This document shows positions 26,208-37,239 of a stretch of 64,000 bases of DNA, piece by piece. The notes beneath the pieces were generated by a model, which worked only from the letters and a program-made list of their open reading frames with translations, searched no databases and was not told where the DNA came from. The translations under genes were made by a program, and so were the position numbers. Numbering within the stretch: position 1 is the stretch's first letter; every line of letters begins with the position of its first letter. This stretch comes from Mobula hypostoma (lineage: Eukaryota): contig NC_086100.1 in assembly GCF_963921235.1 (NCBI RefSeq), forward strand, positions 156,674,001-156,738,000, written 5' to 3'.

Positions 26208-26214
26208 GCCACTG

Positions 26215-26669
26215 ATTGTGACTGCTAATACCTTCAAATTCTTCATAGTTCCTAACTTGTTGAAATAGTGAAAGTTTTCCTTTCATTTGCAGCATCTCCA
26301 AACCTGAATGCTTGAAACTAGTGAATTAAACAGTTGTTATTGAATTAAGCAGCGTCTTACTGCGTATTTCTCACCAACTATCAGTGACAAAAATTATTGC
26401 TTTTTGAACACAAGTACATACAACTGACGCTATTTAGAAACTTCGCTCTATGCACGGTGCAGCGTCTAACAGCCATGCAAGTGCACACATCAGACGTTAG
26501 TTAGAAACTGTTTTGCAACAGCCTCCTACCTAACAATTAAGTGGCATTGTGTGCCAAATGAACAAAGGGAATCTCTCCTATTTTCTTGATTAGTTTTTGC
26601 TCTTTAAGACTCGCCCCAAAGAAGCAGCTGCCCCAAGTGACAAATGGCCCCATTAACTGGAATCCACTG
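26215..26669. mobile_element. Tigger/pogo-like non-autonomous DNA element, truncated
   Basis: Ends ...TTAACTGGAATCCACTG-TA; inverted homolog of 27622-28050. Confidence 0.7.
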
Positions 26670-27621
26670 TATTGAAGACTGCATCCAACCATCATGTGAA
26701 TTTATCGTACAGATGACTCTTCACTTCAGAATATCACTGTAATTTCCTCATTTATATCAGGCCTTACCTTATTACTACCAAAGACCTACAAACATCCCCA
26801 GTGTTTTCTGCCTCTCCGTACTCGCCTTCCACTCATCAGTCTCCACATTCAACAGATCATCCTATATTATTTACAATACCTCAAATATAATGCTACCACT
26901 AGACACATCATTCCCCTCACCTTTCAGCATTCCAAACAATACCCTCAGCGAAGTTGTTTTAGATTTTATCCACTGACCTTTTAATCTCCATCAGTCTTCC
27001 ACTGCAACCGCAGAGGTGCACCACCTGGCTATTTAAATCCTCCCCATCATCCAGAAACCCAAACATTCCTTCCCAGCAAAACAGCAAACTTACCTGCACT
27101 ACTTCCACTATACCACCTTCAGTGTCCAAGATGTAGTCTCCTCTAATAATGGGGACACCAAATGTAAGCTATATGACCTCTGACCTAAGCTTTGCAACGT
27201 TTGTTTCAGGTTTAGGCTGGTGAAAGTTGAAGACAGACCATACTTAATGCTAATTGTGCCAATCATAAAAACAATGTTTTAACACAAATTATAAGGAACT
27301 ATCTGAGGAAAATAAGACAGATGAAGATCCATTGATTCAATATTGTCCTCGACTGTTCATTAATTAAATTAGCATACTTGTGATTTGTGAAAGCTTTGGA
27401 ACTTACAAAAATTAACCATAATAGATGACTGTTAAGAAGTTTGAAGGTTTCCCCAAATCCAGTGTTTGTTAGAAGTTGCTAGAACAGCAATTCCTTTCAA
27501 CCAGAAAATTAATCATTTCCTTTCTTTGGGAAGATAGGAAAACAAACATTATCATATTTGAAATATTATACTTCCTGTCGTTTTAGTTCACCATTGCAAC
27601 AGTATGCTGTTCACGTGAATA

Positions 27622-28648
27622 CAGTAGATTCTGGTGAATCGGGGAAGCTGCTCTTTGGGATCACTCTTAAAGAACAAAAACAAATCAAGAAAATAGCCGG
27701 GGTTCCCTTTGTCTACTTGGGACAATATGCCACTTAACTGGGGCAAGAGACTGTTGCCAAACATTTTCTAACTGACACCAGTGCAGCCATTAGACATTAC
27801 ACCATGCTTAGAACGAACAGTTTTTAAAATGGTGTCAATCGCGTGTGTTTGTGTTCAAAAAGATGTGACTTTTGTCACTGATAGTTGGTGAGAAATATGC
27901 AGTAAGATAATTCAGAAATGTTTTGCTCACTGCAGTTTTAAGCATTCAGACTTGGAAAGGCCAGAAATGGATGAGAGTGAAAATGAAACAATTTCATTAG
28001 TTTAACAAATTAGGAACTAGCAGAATTTGAAAGTATTGACAATCATCTTGAATGTTACTTTTGGTCCCAGACACTCAGCTCTCACCTGTGGTTCCAAGTA
28101 GCAGTTTGTATGTGACTGCGCCCATAGCCCGGTACACTGCTTCTACAGACAGGTGAGGGTAGCCAGCTAGTCTCATACCCTGGTGAGATAGGGACACTCC
28201 TGTCCTAGCATTCCAGTCAGCTCCAGCAGACTGGGCAGAGATCTCGGAGTGAGATCCAACAGCCTGAAAGGCGGTTTTGCAACACTATGTGAAAAGCAAA
28301 GGGCTGGACGAAGCTCAGTAGAAGACACGGTCATTCACTGCAACCAGGGAAGACTCTGTTGTGATGGCTGCACCCAGACTTTCCATGTGCAATGGCTTTT
28401 CCACTTTAAAAACTCTCTGCACAGGTTTCTTATCATCGGATACAACAGACAACCACCAGTAGTTCTAATTTGTTCTGCATTCAATTTAAACACAATTTGT
28501 TGCTCAGTTAAATAGTAGTTTGTCCTTTTTATATCTTTTTAAGTATTTCCATGAATCTTCGGATAATTGGGACAGCCACTTAATTGAACCAAAATGTACT
28601 GGTCCTGATGTGTCCCAATTATCTGGGACACATCAGGGACACACTGTA
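27622..28648. mobile_element. Tigger/pogo-like non-autonomous DNA element with an unrelated insert at about 28060-28460
   Basis: TA-CAGTAGATTCTGG start and ...CACTG-TA end; homologous to 26215-26669. The insert is GC-richer and resembles a LINE 5' UTR. Confidence 0.65.
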
Positions 28649-28733
28649 TATGCTGAAAATGCTTCAGCCAAATATCTCTCTCACACTCAAAACAATTTAT
28701 GAATGGAAATGCGAAATAAAGATGTGGTTTTAC

Positions 28734-28882
28734 CTTTTTGTTAGCTAGTTCAGACAATTCCACAAGGCCTTTCATTGTAATGTCATAGTCCTTCATTAGT
28801 TTCCAATAATCTCCATGAATTCCAACACCCACTTTTTTAATTGCTTCATCTTCCAGTAATCTTTTGAGTCCACTTGGAAATC
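28734..28882 (-). CDS. WRN: WRN exon 5, exonuclease motif II
   Basis: [50 protein letters not shown], within ORF 28539-28898. 149 nt, AG/GT. Confidence 0.96.
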
Positions 28883-30882
28883 CTAAAATACAATTCACTT
28901 TACTAGCAAATTAATTCTTTTTGGCATTGTCTATTTTTAACCAAAGAATTGTTTCACTTTTCACTTGTCATTATCCATTCTGACACTTAGCTTCAAAGAT
29001 GAACATTTAAAAATCCTTCCAAATTCCTTAAACCTATCTGTATCTACCTACTGTTGATGTGCAATAGCATTACCATCATTGAATCCCCATCCTTAACATT
29101 CAGTAGATCATCACTGACCAAAATCTCAGTTGGACTAGCCTCATAAATACTCTGGCGGCAAAAACAGGTCAGTGGTTAGATATCTTGTGGACTGCCTCAC
29201 CTTCTGATATCCCAAATCTTTTCCATTTTCTACAAATCAATTCAGACAAGTGATGCATGCTCTCCATTTGGCTGGATGTCTGCAACTCTAACAACTCATA
29301 AGCAGCTTGATGCCACTCAAGACAAACCAGCTCACTCAACTGGCAGACCATCCAACAAACTAAACATTCATTCCCACAATGGCTCAAGTGTGTACCAGCT
29401 AAAAATATGAATTATAGTTATTCAACCTGGCTACTCTGACTGCAGTTCCAAAACCTACCACTCAAGGACAAGAACTATGGGTGTAAGGGTGTAACCCACT
29501 GCCTGCAGGTTCACTTGTAATTGCAGGCCACCCTGACACAATTCCTTGTCCCTATTTATAAATCCTAGAACTCGTTATTGAATGGCACTGAGTCAATCAG
29601 GAGACTAACAATCTCCTTCTCATGGACAATTACAAATTAGTTAAAAAAAAATGCCGGCTTTACTAGCAATATTCAAATCCTGAAAAATAAGTAAAAATCA
29701 GATTGCTGTAAACCTTTTATAATGTTCCATTTGGCTTCACATGTACAAGGAAGTTGTTTAGAGTAAACTCACCAAAAAATTAACACCACAATCAACACAA
29801 TGAATGCAGCATTGGAAAAATGTCTGCTTTCAATATTGAAAAAGTTTTACGTTACTAATATAAAGTTCTTAGCAAGAAAATTTAAGTATAAAAAGTGTTC
29901 CAGACTAGAAATTGTCCACTTAGTACTCTTTGATGTTAAAAGTACAAATTAATGTTTAATATCATGCACTTTTATTGCCTATCACACAAGATGAATAGTA
30001 TAGCTACATATATACATACCGTATAAGCACTTTCTTATACAGTAACAACATACAGCAATTTAATTGCATAAAACTGCTTTATAGCAAACTTATTTTTAAA
30101 AAAATCGTGAGCCACATGAGTTAGAAAGGGAATATCTAAAGGTTAGTTCAGAGTAGTTTTAAAGAGGATTCGTTTTTTTTAAAAAATCATTAAAATGAGG
30201 TAGGTAGATGGGCTTAGGAAGGGAATTTCTGAGCTTATGGAAATGAAGACAGATATCAACGGTGGTTTACTCTCACAGTAACTGAGAGTTAAGATTAATG
30301 GAGAGAGGAGGTACAGTTGGAAAGTAACAGTAACAGAGGGCAAGATTATGAACTGATTTGAACAATAGGATGAAAACATCCAGATCTGGGGCCATTTTGT
30401 ATTAGTGAGAAAGATGGAAGAGCAAGACCTTGAATGAAAAGGAAGATTTCTACGAATTGATGGTTAAAGAAAATGGAGCATCATAAGACTGCTAAGATGT
30501 GTCAGTACAAACTAATACAGTATCAGTGATTTGATCAACAGGCAGAGAACTTATCTTCACCAGGCATCCATGTACTTACAAATTCCAGTACACAGTAGTT
30601 CCATGAAGGAAAGAAGGGGATAGTTTATAAGTTCTCTGCCTGTCAACTATTCAATACACAAAAAGCTAGAGGAACCCTTTGTCTGCACTTAGGTGTTGCC
30701 TAACACATTGAGTTCCTCCAGCATTTTGTGCTGCTCCAGATCAGTCTTTTGTGTCTCAACTATTCAGTAACTTGCTGACACTACGTGCCTGACATGCATT
30801 ATTAATTTTGTGAAGTATCAAAATTAGGCAATACACTTATTTCATCTTTAGAAGGAAAAAACTAAAGTTATCAAGTTCTTAC

Positions 30883-31028
30883 CTGACATGGAAGATATGT
30901 GGAACAGGTAGCATTTGCTTTCAGAGGCACACAGTTGAACAAGTGCCACTTTTCTCACCTTCCCCTTGACATATGTTGGAGGCCACTCTATGTCAAACCC
31001 AATGGCTGATTCACTTGAAACAGAATAC
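30883..31028 (-). CDS. WRN: WRN exon 4, exonuclease motif I
   Basis: [41 protein letters not shown], with the catalytic D-x-E present. 146 nt, AG/GT, phase-compatible with its neighbours. Confidence 0.96.
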
Positions 31029-31237
31029 CTGAATCAGAAATAATAACACATCATTCAAAAAGATTGGTCACCACTTACTATCAATACAAACTAAAACCTG
31101 ACAGTTCACACAACCGGAAAGAATATTACTTTACAACCTTTTTAAAACAAAAAATATTACTAAGCATGATGAATATTGATCTGTGCTCCTCTATATTTAA
31201 TTGCTATTTAGAGAAATGGGAGAGGGGCAAGACGAGC

Positions 31238-31335
31238 AGAAAAATGAATTTGGCTGAGATGTACAAATCAGTGTCGGAATCTGTGGGAGAAAAATGAATT
31301 AGGCTGAGACGTACAAATCAGTGTGGGAATATGAT
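31238..31335. repeat. 50-bp tandem duplication
   Basis: AGAAAAATGAATT(T/A)GGCTGAGA(T/C)GTACAAATCAGTGT(C/G)GGAAT occurs twice at 50-bp spacing. Confidence 0.85.
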
Positions 31336-31923
31336 TGGAAACAAATGGGAGAAGAAGCTACTGATAGTGAGATCACTGTGCACCTTGTGGAAAGGACAAA
31401 GAATAATGTGTTGGATGTGAAGGTAGGTAGAATGAAAAGTAAGAACTAGACTTTTGTCTATTTTGTATGACGAGAGCTGAATTGACAAAAGTCTGAGAAG
31501 TAAAGGTAGTGTAAGAGAGGGCTCCAACAATCACAAAAGGAAGAAAGCCATTTCACTTGATAAAGGAGGACATATTAGATGGACTGGAATAGAAAGACTC
31601 ATCTTGAAAGAAGACATAGTGAAGATGGGAAAACTTGCAACAAACATGCTGGGAAGTGCCGTAGTCGAGGTAATTGTGGGAGTCCGTAGGGTTATAGTAA
31701 CTGTCTATGAATAGTTTGCCTCCTGATATCGAGACAGTAATCTGTAAAAAATGTCACTATTTTGCTTGACCAGTGAAAGATAGGTAGCTCAGACCAGTGA
31801 ACAATCCTTGCTCAACCCTGCCAAAGAATCAATCAAGGCATCAAAGTGTTTTATTGAGTAGTATATACAACTAAAACAACATGCAATTTGATTTTTATTT
31901 CGACTCATAATTCAAAAATTTAC

Positions 31924-32039
31924 CTTAAATTTTCTGATAGAAATGAACAATCACTTCCTTCATAACTGTAAATAATAGACCCAGGAAATTTCAAGAAAGG
32001 AAGTTTGTCCTCCAAAATATTTTTCTTGATACAAGGAGC
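31924..32039 (-). CDS. WRN: WRN exon 3
   Basis: [38 protein letters not shown] matches human [30 protein letters not shown] boundaries, 116 nt. Confidence 0.95.
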
Positions 32040-32847
32040 CTATAAAATAGCAAAATGTGTGTTTCAAATTGTTACTGATCAAAACTTGCCAGCCACTTCC
32101 TCCAAAGAAACCATGTTTCAATCCATTATCCTTATGGGAAGCCTCCCTAATGTGATCCTCTAAACTAAGTTCTATTTCAAGCTTCTGAGTAAGTAAATTG
32201 CCAAAAGAGAGAGCAAACTGATTTTAGAGTGCAAATTTTTCTTTTTCCTATGACCAGCAGGTACAATAGCATGCATCAGAGAAAAGGATGTATGGTTCTT
32301 CCATTCAGTGGATATATTTCTCCATTTTGATTAAGCCACATTTGTAATAGCGTACAGTTTCAAATGATTCCTTTGAACAATACAAAAGGTAAGGGTTAGT
32401 TTTTAATAAATTCATTGGAATAATTAATTTTGGGTAAATGCTTAAGAAGGGAGTTTTTAGACATGAACAATTTCAGAAACTAATAACATCTTGCAAGTGA
32501 ACACTTACTATTTCTAACACACATTTCTTTTGCTTAGGTTGCATATGTGTTGCAGCAGAATGCTTTTGATATGTTATTCCATTAAAATTAACACAGGGAT
32601 GAATAAAACTATTAGCAGCAGCAGAATTCAGATCTTATTAACTGTCTCACTACATGTTCTCCACAGATAAACATAATATTACTTCAAAATCCACTTCTGT
32701 CTGTTATGGTCAGGAGTTTTATTTCAATAAGAGTACATTTTCATGAAAAATATTGCATATTGATTATTGTGCTCACAAAATCAAGTAATTAATAAGATCT
32801 TTCCAAAAAAATGTTGTAACCAAAAACCAAGAAATAAATCGGTGTAC

Positions 32848-32913
32848 CTTCAGTTGCTTACTAGTTTCTTCTGATGCCATCCATTCAGGTAACATACGCT
32901 CCTGATCAGTCAT
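32848..32913 (-). CDS. WRN: WRN first coding exon (exon 2; whole exon about 32848-32950)
   Basis: Translates MTDQERMLPEWMASEETSKQLK, with the PEWM Ku-binding motif of the WRN N-terminus. Acceptor ttattcttag at 32951, donor AAG|gtacac. Confidence 0.9.
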
Positions 32914-33289
32914 CCTTTCACAATCTCGTGCATTTTTTCAAGATCTTCTACTAAGAATAAATATAAAAACAGTAGGTTTTCTAAAATAAAAATGGAAATC
33001 TAAGAACTACAGATGCTGAGAACCTGAAAATACAGCAGACAATGCAAATAGTCAAAAAGGTTCAAAGATTTACTTATTATCGAAGTATACAACTTGAAAT
33101 TCTTCTTCCCTAGGTAGCCATGAAACCAAGAAAGGAAAGGACAGCAGCACAATCATCAAACCACCAAAAGTCACCCCTCCCCACGCGAAAAAATAAAAAA
33201 TGGAACAGACGCATTGACCTCCAATTCCCTCCTCCTGCATAAAAAAGTGAATAAAACGGAACAGGCCCATCAACCCCAAATCTATTTTG

Positions 33290-34570
33290 TCATAGAGTAC
33301 AACAGCACAGAAACAGGCCCCTTGCCCCATCTAGTCCATGCCAACCTGATCTCCTGCTCTGTCCTATCTACCTATACACAGGCCATCTCCCTTCAAAATG
33401 CTCTCATCCACATTACCTACCAAACCTCCTAAATATTACATTTGAACCCGTTTACCACTTCTACCGGTACCTTGATCCACACTTGCACCACCCTGAGTGA
33501 CGTGGTTTTCTCTTAAACTTTTCACCCCAAACCTGTAATGGCTTTTTTTTATTAATTTTTAATTTAGAGACGGTGCAGAACAGACCTTTCTGGCCCTAAG
33601 AGCCAACTCTGCCCAGTAACCCACCTATTTAACATGAGCCCAATCACAGGACAACTTACAATGATCAATTAACTTACTAACCAGTACGTCTTTGGATTGT
33701 GGGAGGAAATCTATACGGTCACACTGGAAAATCATACAAACTCCTTACAGACGCTGCTGGAATTGAACTCCCAACTCCAGATGATCTGAATTCTATTAAC
33801 ATCACACTAGTTCTAGTCCCATCCAACCTGAGGGGAAAATGTCTGCCTGCGTTCACGCTATCGATAGCTCTCATCATTTTGTATACCTCAATAAGATTTC
33901 TCCTCATTCTCCTGTGATCCAGGGAATATGTAGGCTGTTCACTGACCAGGGAATTTGCATCTTAGCCGTCTACGCAAGCCAGGGCAGTAACAATATGGTA
34001 AGCAAGCTGTTGCACATGTAGCAAGCTCCACCTCTCCATGCAGCTAATGAATCCAAAGGAACAGCAGAAACCAATACGCCTTGGTCTCAGTGGTGGGGCA
34101 GCAGTTTCTAGTCAACACTGAACTCAACATACAATTGCCTTATGGCCTTCAGCTCTGGACTTTTCCTCAGGGTTTACTCCCAAAGCCTTCCCCGTGAGTG
34201 GATATAGCTGCAAGGCAGCGGAGGTTTGAGATCAAAACTTCCCTCCTCTTAGCTGAGCTGCCATCCACAGCTGACAAGCCACACTTGCCTCATCAGACAC
34301 AAATGTAGCCCAGGAGCTGGACTTGGTTTTATTCCAGGGAATAAAGTCCTATAACATATTCAACCTATCCCTATAACTCAGATCCTGGCCACATCTTTGT
34401 AACTTTTTTCTGCATTCTTTAAAACTGACTGATCCCTTTCTTGTAGGTGGATGACCAGAACTGTACAACAATACTCTAAATTTAGCCTCACCAGATGCTT
34501 GCACAACTTCAACATCACATTCCAATCCTTAGCTCAATACCCTAATTTAAGAAGGCCAATGTGCCAAAAA
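33290..34570 (-). mobile_element. CR1 3' fragment with nested SINE/RTE-like inserts
   Basis: MRRNLIEVYKMMRAIDSV is a CR1 C-terminal motif. It is interrupted at about 33545-33805 and 33930-34330. Confidence 0.7.
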
Positions 34571-35627
34571 CTCAAACCCACTCTTAATTAATAATTACAC
34601 AGTCAAGTAAACTTATGGAACGATCTTGCCTACCACATATTTATTAACCACCTCCTCTTCTGACTTCACAGATGAAAAATCCACAATCGATTCCTGTGTG
34701 TGTAAAGATTAAATGCTCAATAAATCATAATGAAACAGGCATTTTCATTTTGACCATTTATCTTACAGTAGTTTTGGAAAATGGTTTCAAACTTTATGTC
34801 CCATAACAAGTGGACACTGGAAACACTTTCTCCAATACTTTTACATATACATGAAAAAGTGGTTATTTTAGATATGCTCCACTGTTCGAGGCTGATTGAA
34901 CACACAGTTGTGAATCCACAGAAACAAAGGAACATCTTAACCAAAAAAAAAAATTGGTTTCTCTGTACCTAGCAGTCACATTTATGGGTGCTGTTTCCAA
35001 AACAGCTGTCAGTTAATTCACGTGCAGTAGACAAGGCATAAAAGAAAACATCAATCATTAAGAAGTTTGATACCAGGCTAAATTCCTTTCTCCCTTCCAG
35101 GTGTGATACACCATGTCATAAATTATCCATATTCTTATGCTTACTACTGAAGTAACATTTATTCATAATCCACTATCTCCCAAGGAAACAAAAGATCAGC
35201 ACATATTATGTGACACGCTTTAAATTATCCAAATAGCTGAAAGAATTCTGGTCACAGGGAGTTTATTTGTCTTGACAGTTCAGACATTTCCAAGCTTAGA
35301 AAGACCACCAAGTCAGTCTTACTTCCCTCTATTCTATTAATCTGTGGCAAAAAAAATGTTTTGTTTCACGTTTATATCATATTATTTCTGAACAAACTTT
35401 TCTTTCCAAAAAACCATTATTTTATGTGCAACGTCAATTTTCATGACACTGAGATGCCATACTCGTCAAGAAGTAGTTTGAAACACTTTCACGTGATCAA
35501 CTGCTGGAAATGAGACCGGTTCAAAATTTTCGAAGTACATGGAACTTTATAAAGAAGTGCAGCAACGAATGACGGCAGACAACTAAAACAGGGTGAAAAT
35601 TACAATTAACTAAGAACCTTAGGGGGT

Positions 35628-36045
35628 TCTTCCCCCTCAACTTCCACTAATGCCCCACCTCCCCCTCGTACCCCATCTGTTATTTATTTATTTACACACA
35701 CACGTTCTTTCTCTTTCTCTCCCTTTTCTCCCTCTGACTATACCCCTTGCCATCCTCTGGGGTTCCCCCCCCCCTTTCCTTCTCCCTGGGCCTCCTGTCC
35801 CACTATCCTCTCATATCCCTTTTGCTAATCACCTGTCCAGCTCTTGGCTCCATCCCTCCCCTTCCTGTCTTCTCCTATTATTTTGGATCTCCCCCTCCCC
35901 CTCCCCCTCCCCCTCCACTTTCAAATCGCTTACTAGCTCTTCCTTCAGTTAGTCCTGACGAAGGGTCTCAGCCCGAAACGTCGACTGTATCTCTTCCTAC
36001 AGATGCTGCCTGGCCTGCTGCGTTCACCAGCAACTTTTATGAGTG
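35628..36045 (+). mobile_element. Penelope-like 3'-terminal fragment (418 bp) with a 14-bp TSD
   Basis: Close match to the 3' UTR of the element at 23834-24240. TSD GAACCTTAGGGGGT at 35614-35627 and 36046-36059. Confidence 0.9.
35950..35987 (+). ncRNA. Minimal type I hammerhead ribozyme motif
   Basis: tagtc CTGACGA agggtctcagccc GAAAC GTC gactg. Core intact, stem II GGG/CCC with an extra A. Confidence 0.8.
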
Positions 36046-36503
36046 GAACCTTAGGGGGTCTCAACTTTGGGTTTAAGTTTTACGGCATTTTAACTGAACT
36101 GTAGAAATTGCCGTCTTTAACATGAAATGTTGCATGAAAGGCAATTGAATACTGTAAACATAAACAATGTACAGAGTACATTCGAAACTAGAGTTGAGGC
36201 TTATGACATTTGTCCCTTAATAATGTATTAAATGCCATTTATTCACGCGAGTGGAGGTGATGGGCCTCAGCTCTGACGTTCCAGCATTGTCTTTTTGTCC
36301 CTCGGTGCAGTGTCATGTACGAAAATATATCACTTTTGATTGATTAAAATCCAGTGCACACTGTCACCCTGATGAAGTTGTTGCAACTTCCATTGATGAA
36401 GGAAAACAATACTGACACAGTAATTATTTCTGCCAACTAAAGCTTTCTTAAATAAAATGACGGTTGTCTAAAGCGAACAGTCAATAGGATAGTAATGACT
36501 GAT

Positions 36504-36561
36504 ATTAACTGTACGGTTCAAAGGCAGTAGGAAATTAACTGTACGGTTTAAAGGCAATAGG
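36504..36561. repeat. 30-bp tandem duplication
   Basis: ATTAACTGTACGGTT(C/T)AAAGGCA(G/A)TAGG occurs twice. Confidence 0.85.
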
Positions 36562-36639
36562 CAGTTATCTGGATTTTTTTTAAAAAACTAGGTACAGAAA
36601 CGAATTGTACTATATTGCACAATTACCAGCTAATAGAAA

Positions 36640-37239
36640 GCACCACGTCCCCTCTCACAGCCCGAAAGCACAACTAGATTTCCCGCCAGAGAGGACCTCC
36701 AAACGCGAACCCACCCTTGCTGTCCAGGGCCTTCTGGTGGCGCCACGTTCCGCGACCGCGCATGCAATAGCACCCACCAGCCCGAGTGGTCAGCCACGTG
36801 ATCAAACCATCCAGGACGCGTTCGATCTCTCAATGCTCGATTAGTACAGTCGCGTCACATCATCTTATCAACAAAACCGCAACGTTTTCGGCGGCTTACG
36901 CTGCGTAATTTAGCAGGGGAAAAAATCGGTGTTAATTTTAAGTGGTTTAGAATACACGGAGTAATGTATTTCACCGAGTAACTTGAATTACCATCGCCCG
37001 GTTGGGTGCTCGATTGAGCGGCCTACTTCACGGAGTTCCGATCGGAAGGCCGGACGCCGCCTGTCGTCATGGTGACGGGGGCGGGGTCGTTCACCGTCCG
37101 CTTCGAGCGCGAGCGTACGTAGCGGCGCGAGCAGCAGCAGTTGGCAGGTGGCGGCGTGAGCGGGTCCGCGCAGGGAGTTTACCCGATTTCAAGAGGGCCC
37201 TCAGCCTTCTGAAGGCCGGGAATCTGTCGCCAGGCCTTC
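36640..37239. promoter_or_regulatory. CpG-island bidirectional promoter region, WRN / PUR gene
   Basis: Abrupt CpG enrichment from about 36640 to 38340 between divergent genes. E2F site TTTCCCGC at 36679-36686, E-box CACGTG at 36795-36800, GC-box GGGGCGGGG near 37078. Confidence 0.75.
36715..36800 (-). other. WRN: Putative non-coding WRN exon 1 (5' boundary unknown)
   Basis: Donor-like AAGG|GTGGGT at 36714 on the - strand at the edge of the CpG island. Exon 2 has an acceptor upstream of its ATG, so an upstream exon is required. Confidence 0.45.

Noticed and set aside
28060-28460. Possible HDV-like ribozyme in LINE 5' UTR-like inserts (also about 33930-34330)
   Set aside because: I could not assemble the nested double pseudoknot by eye; a descriptor search would be needed.
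36365-36410. CTGATGA followed by the palindrome GAAGTTG-TTG-CAACTTC as a hammerhead
   Set aside because: No correctly placed GAAA-stem III or stem I; only a short hairpin.
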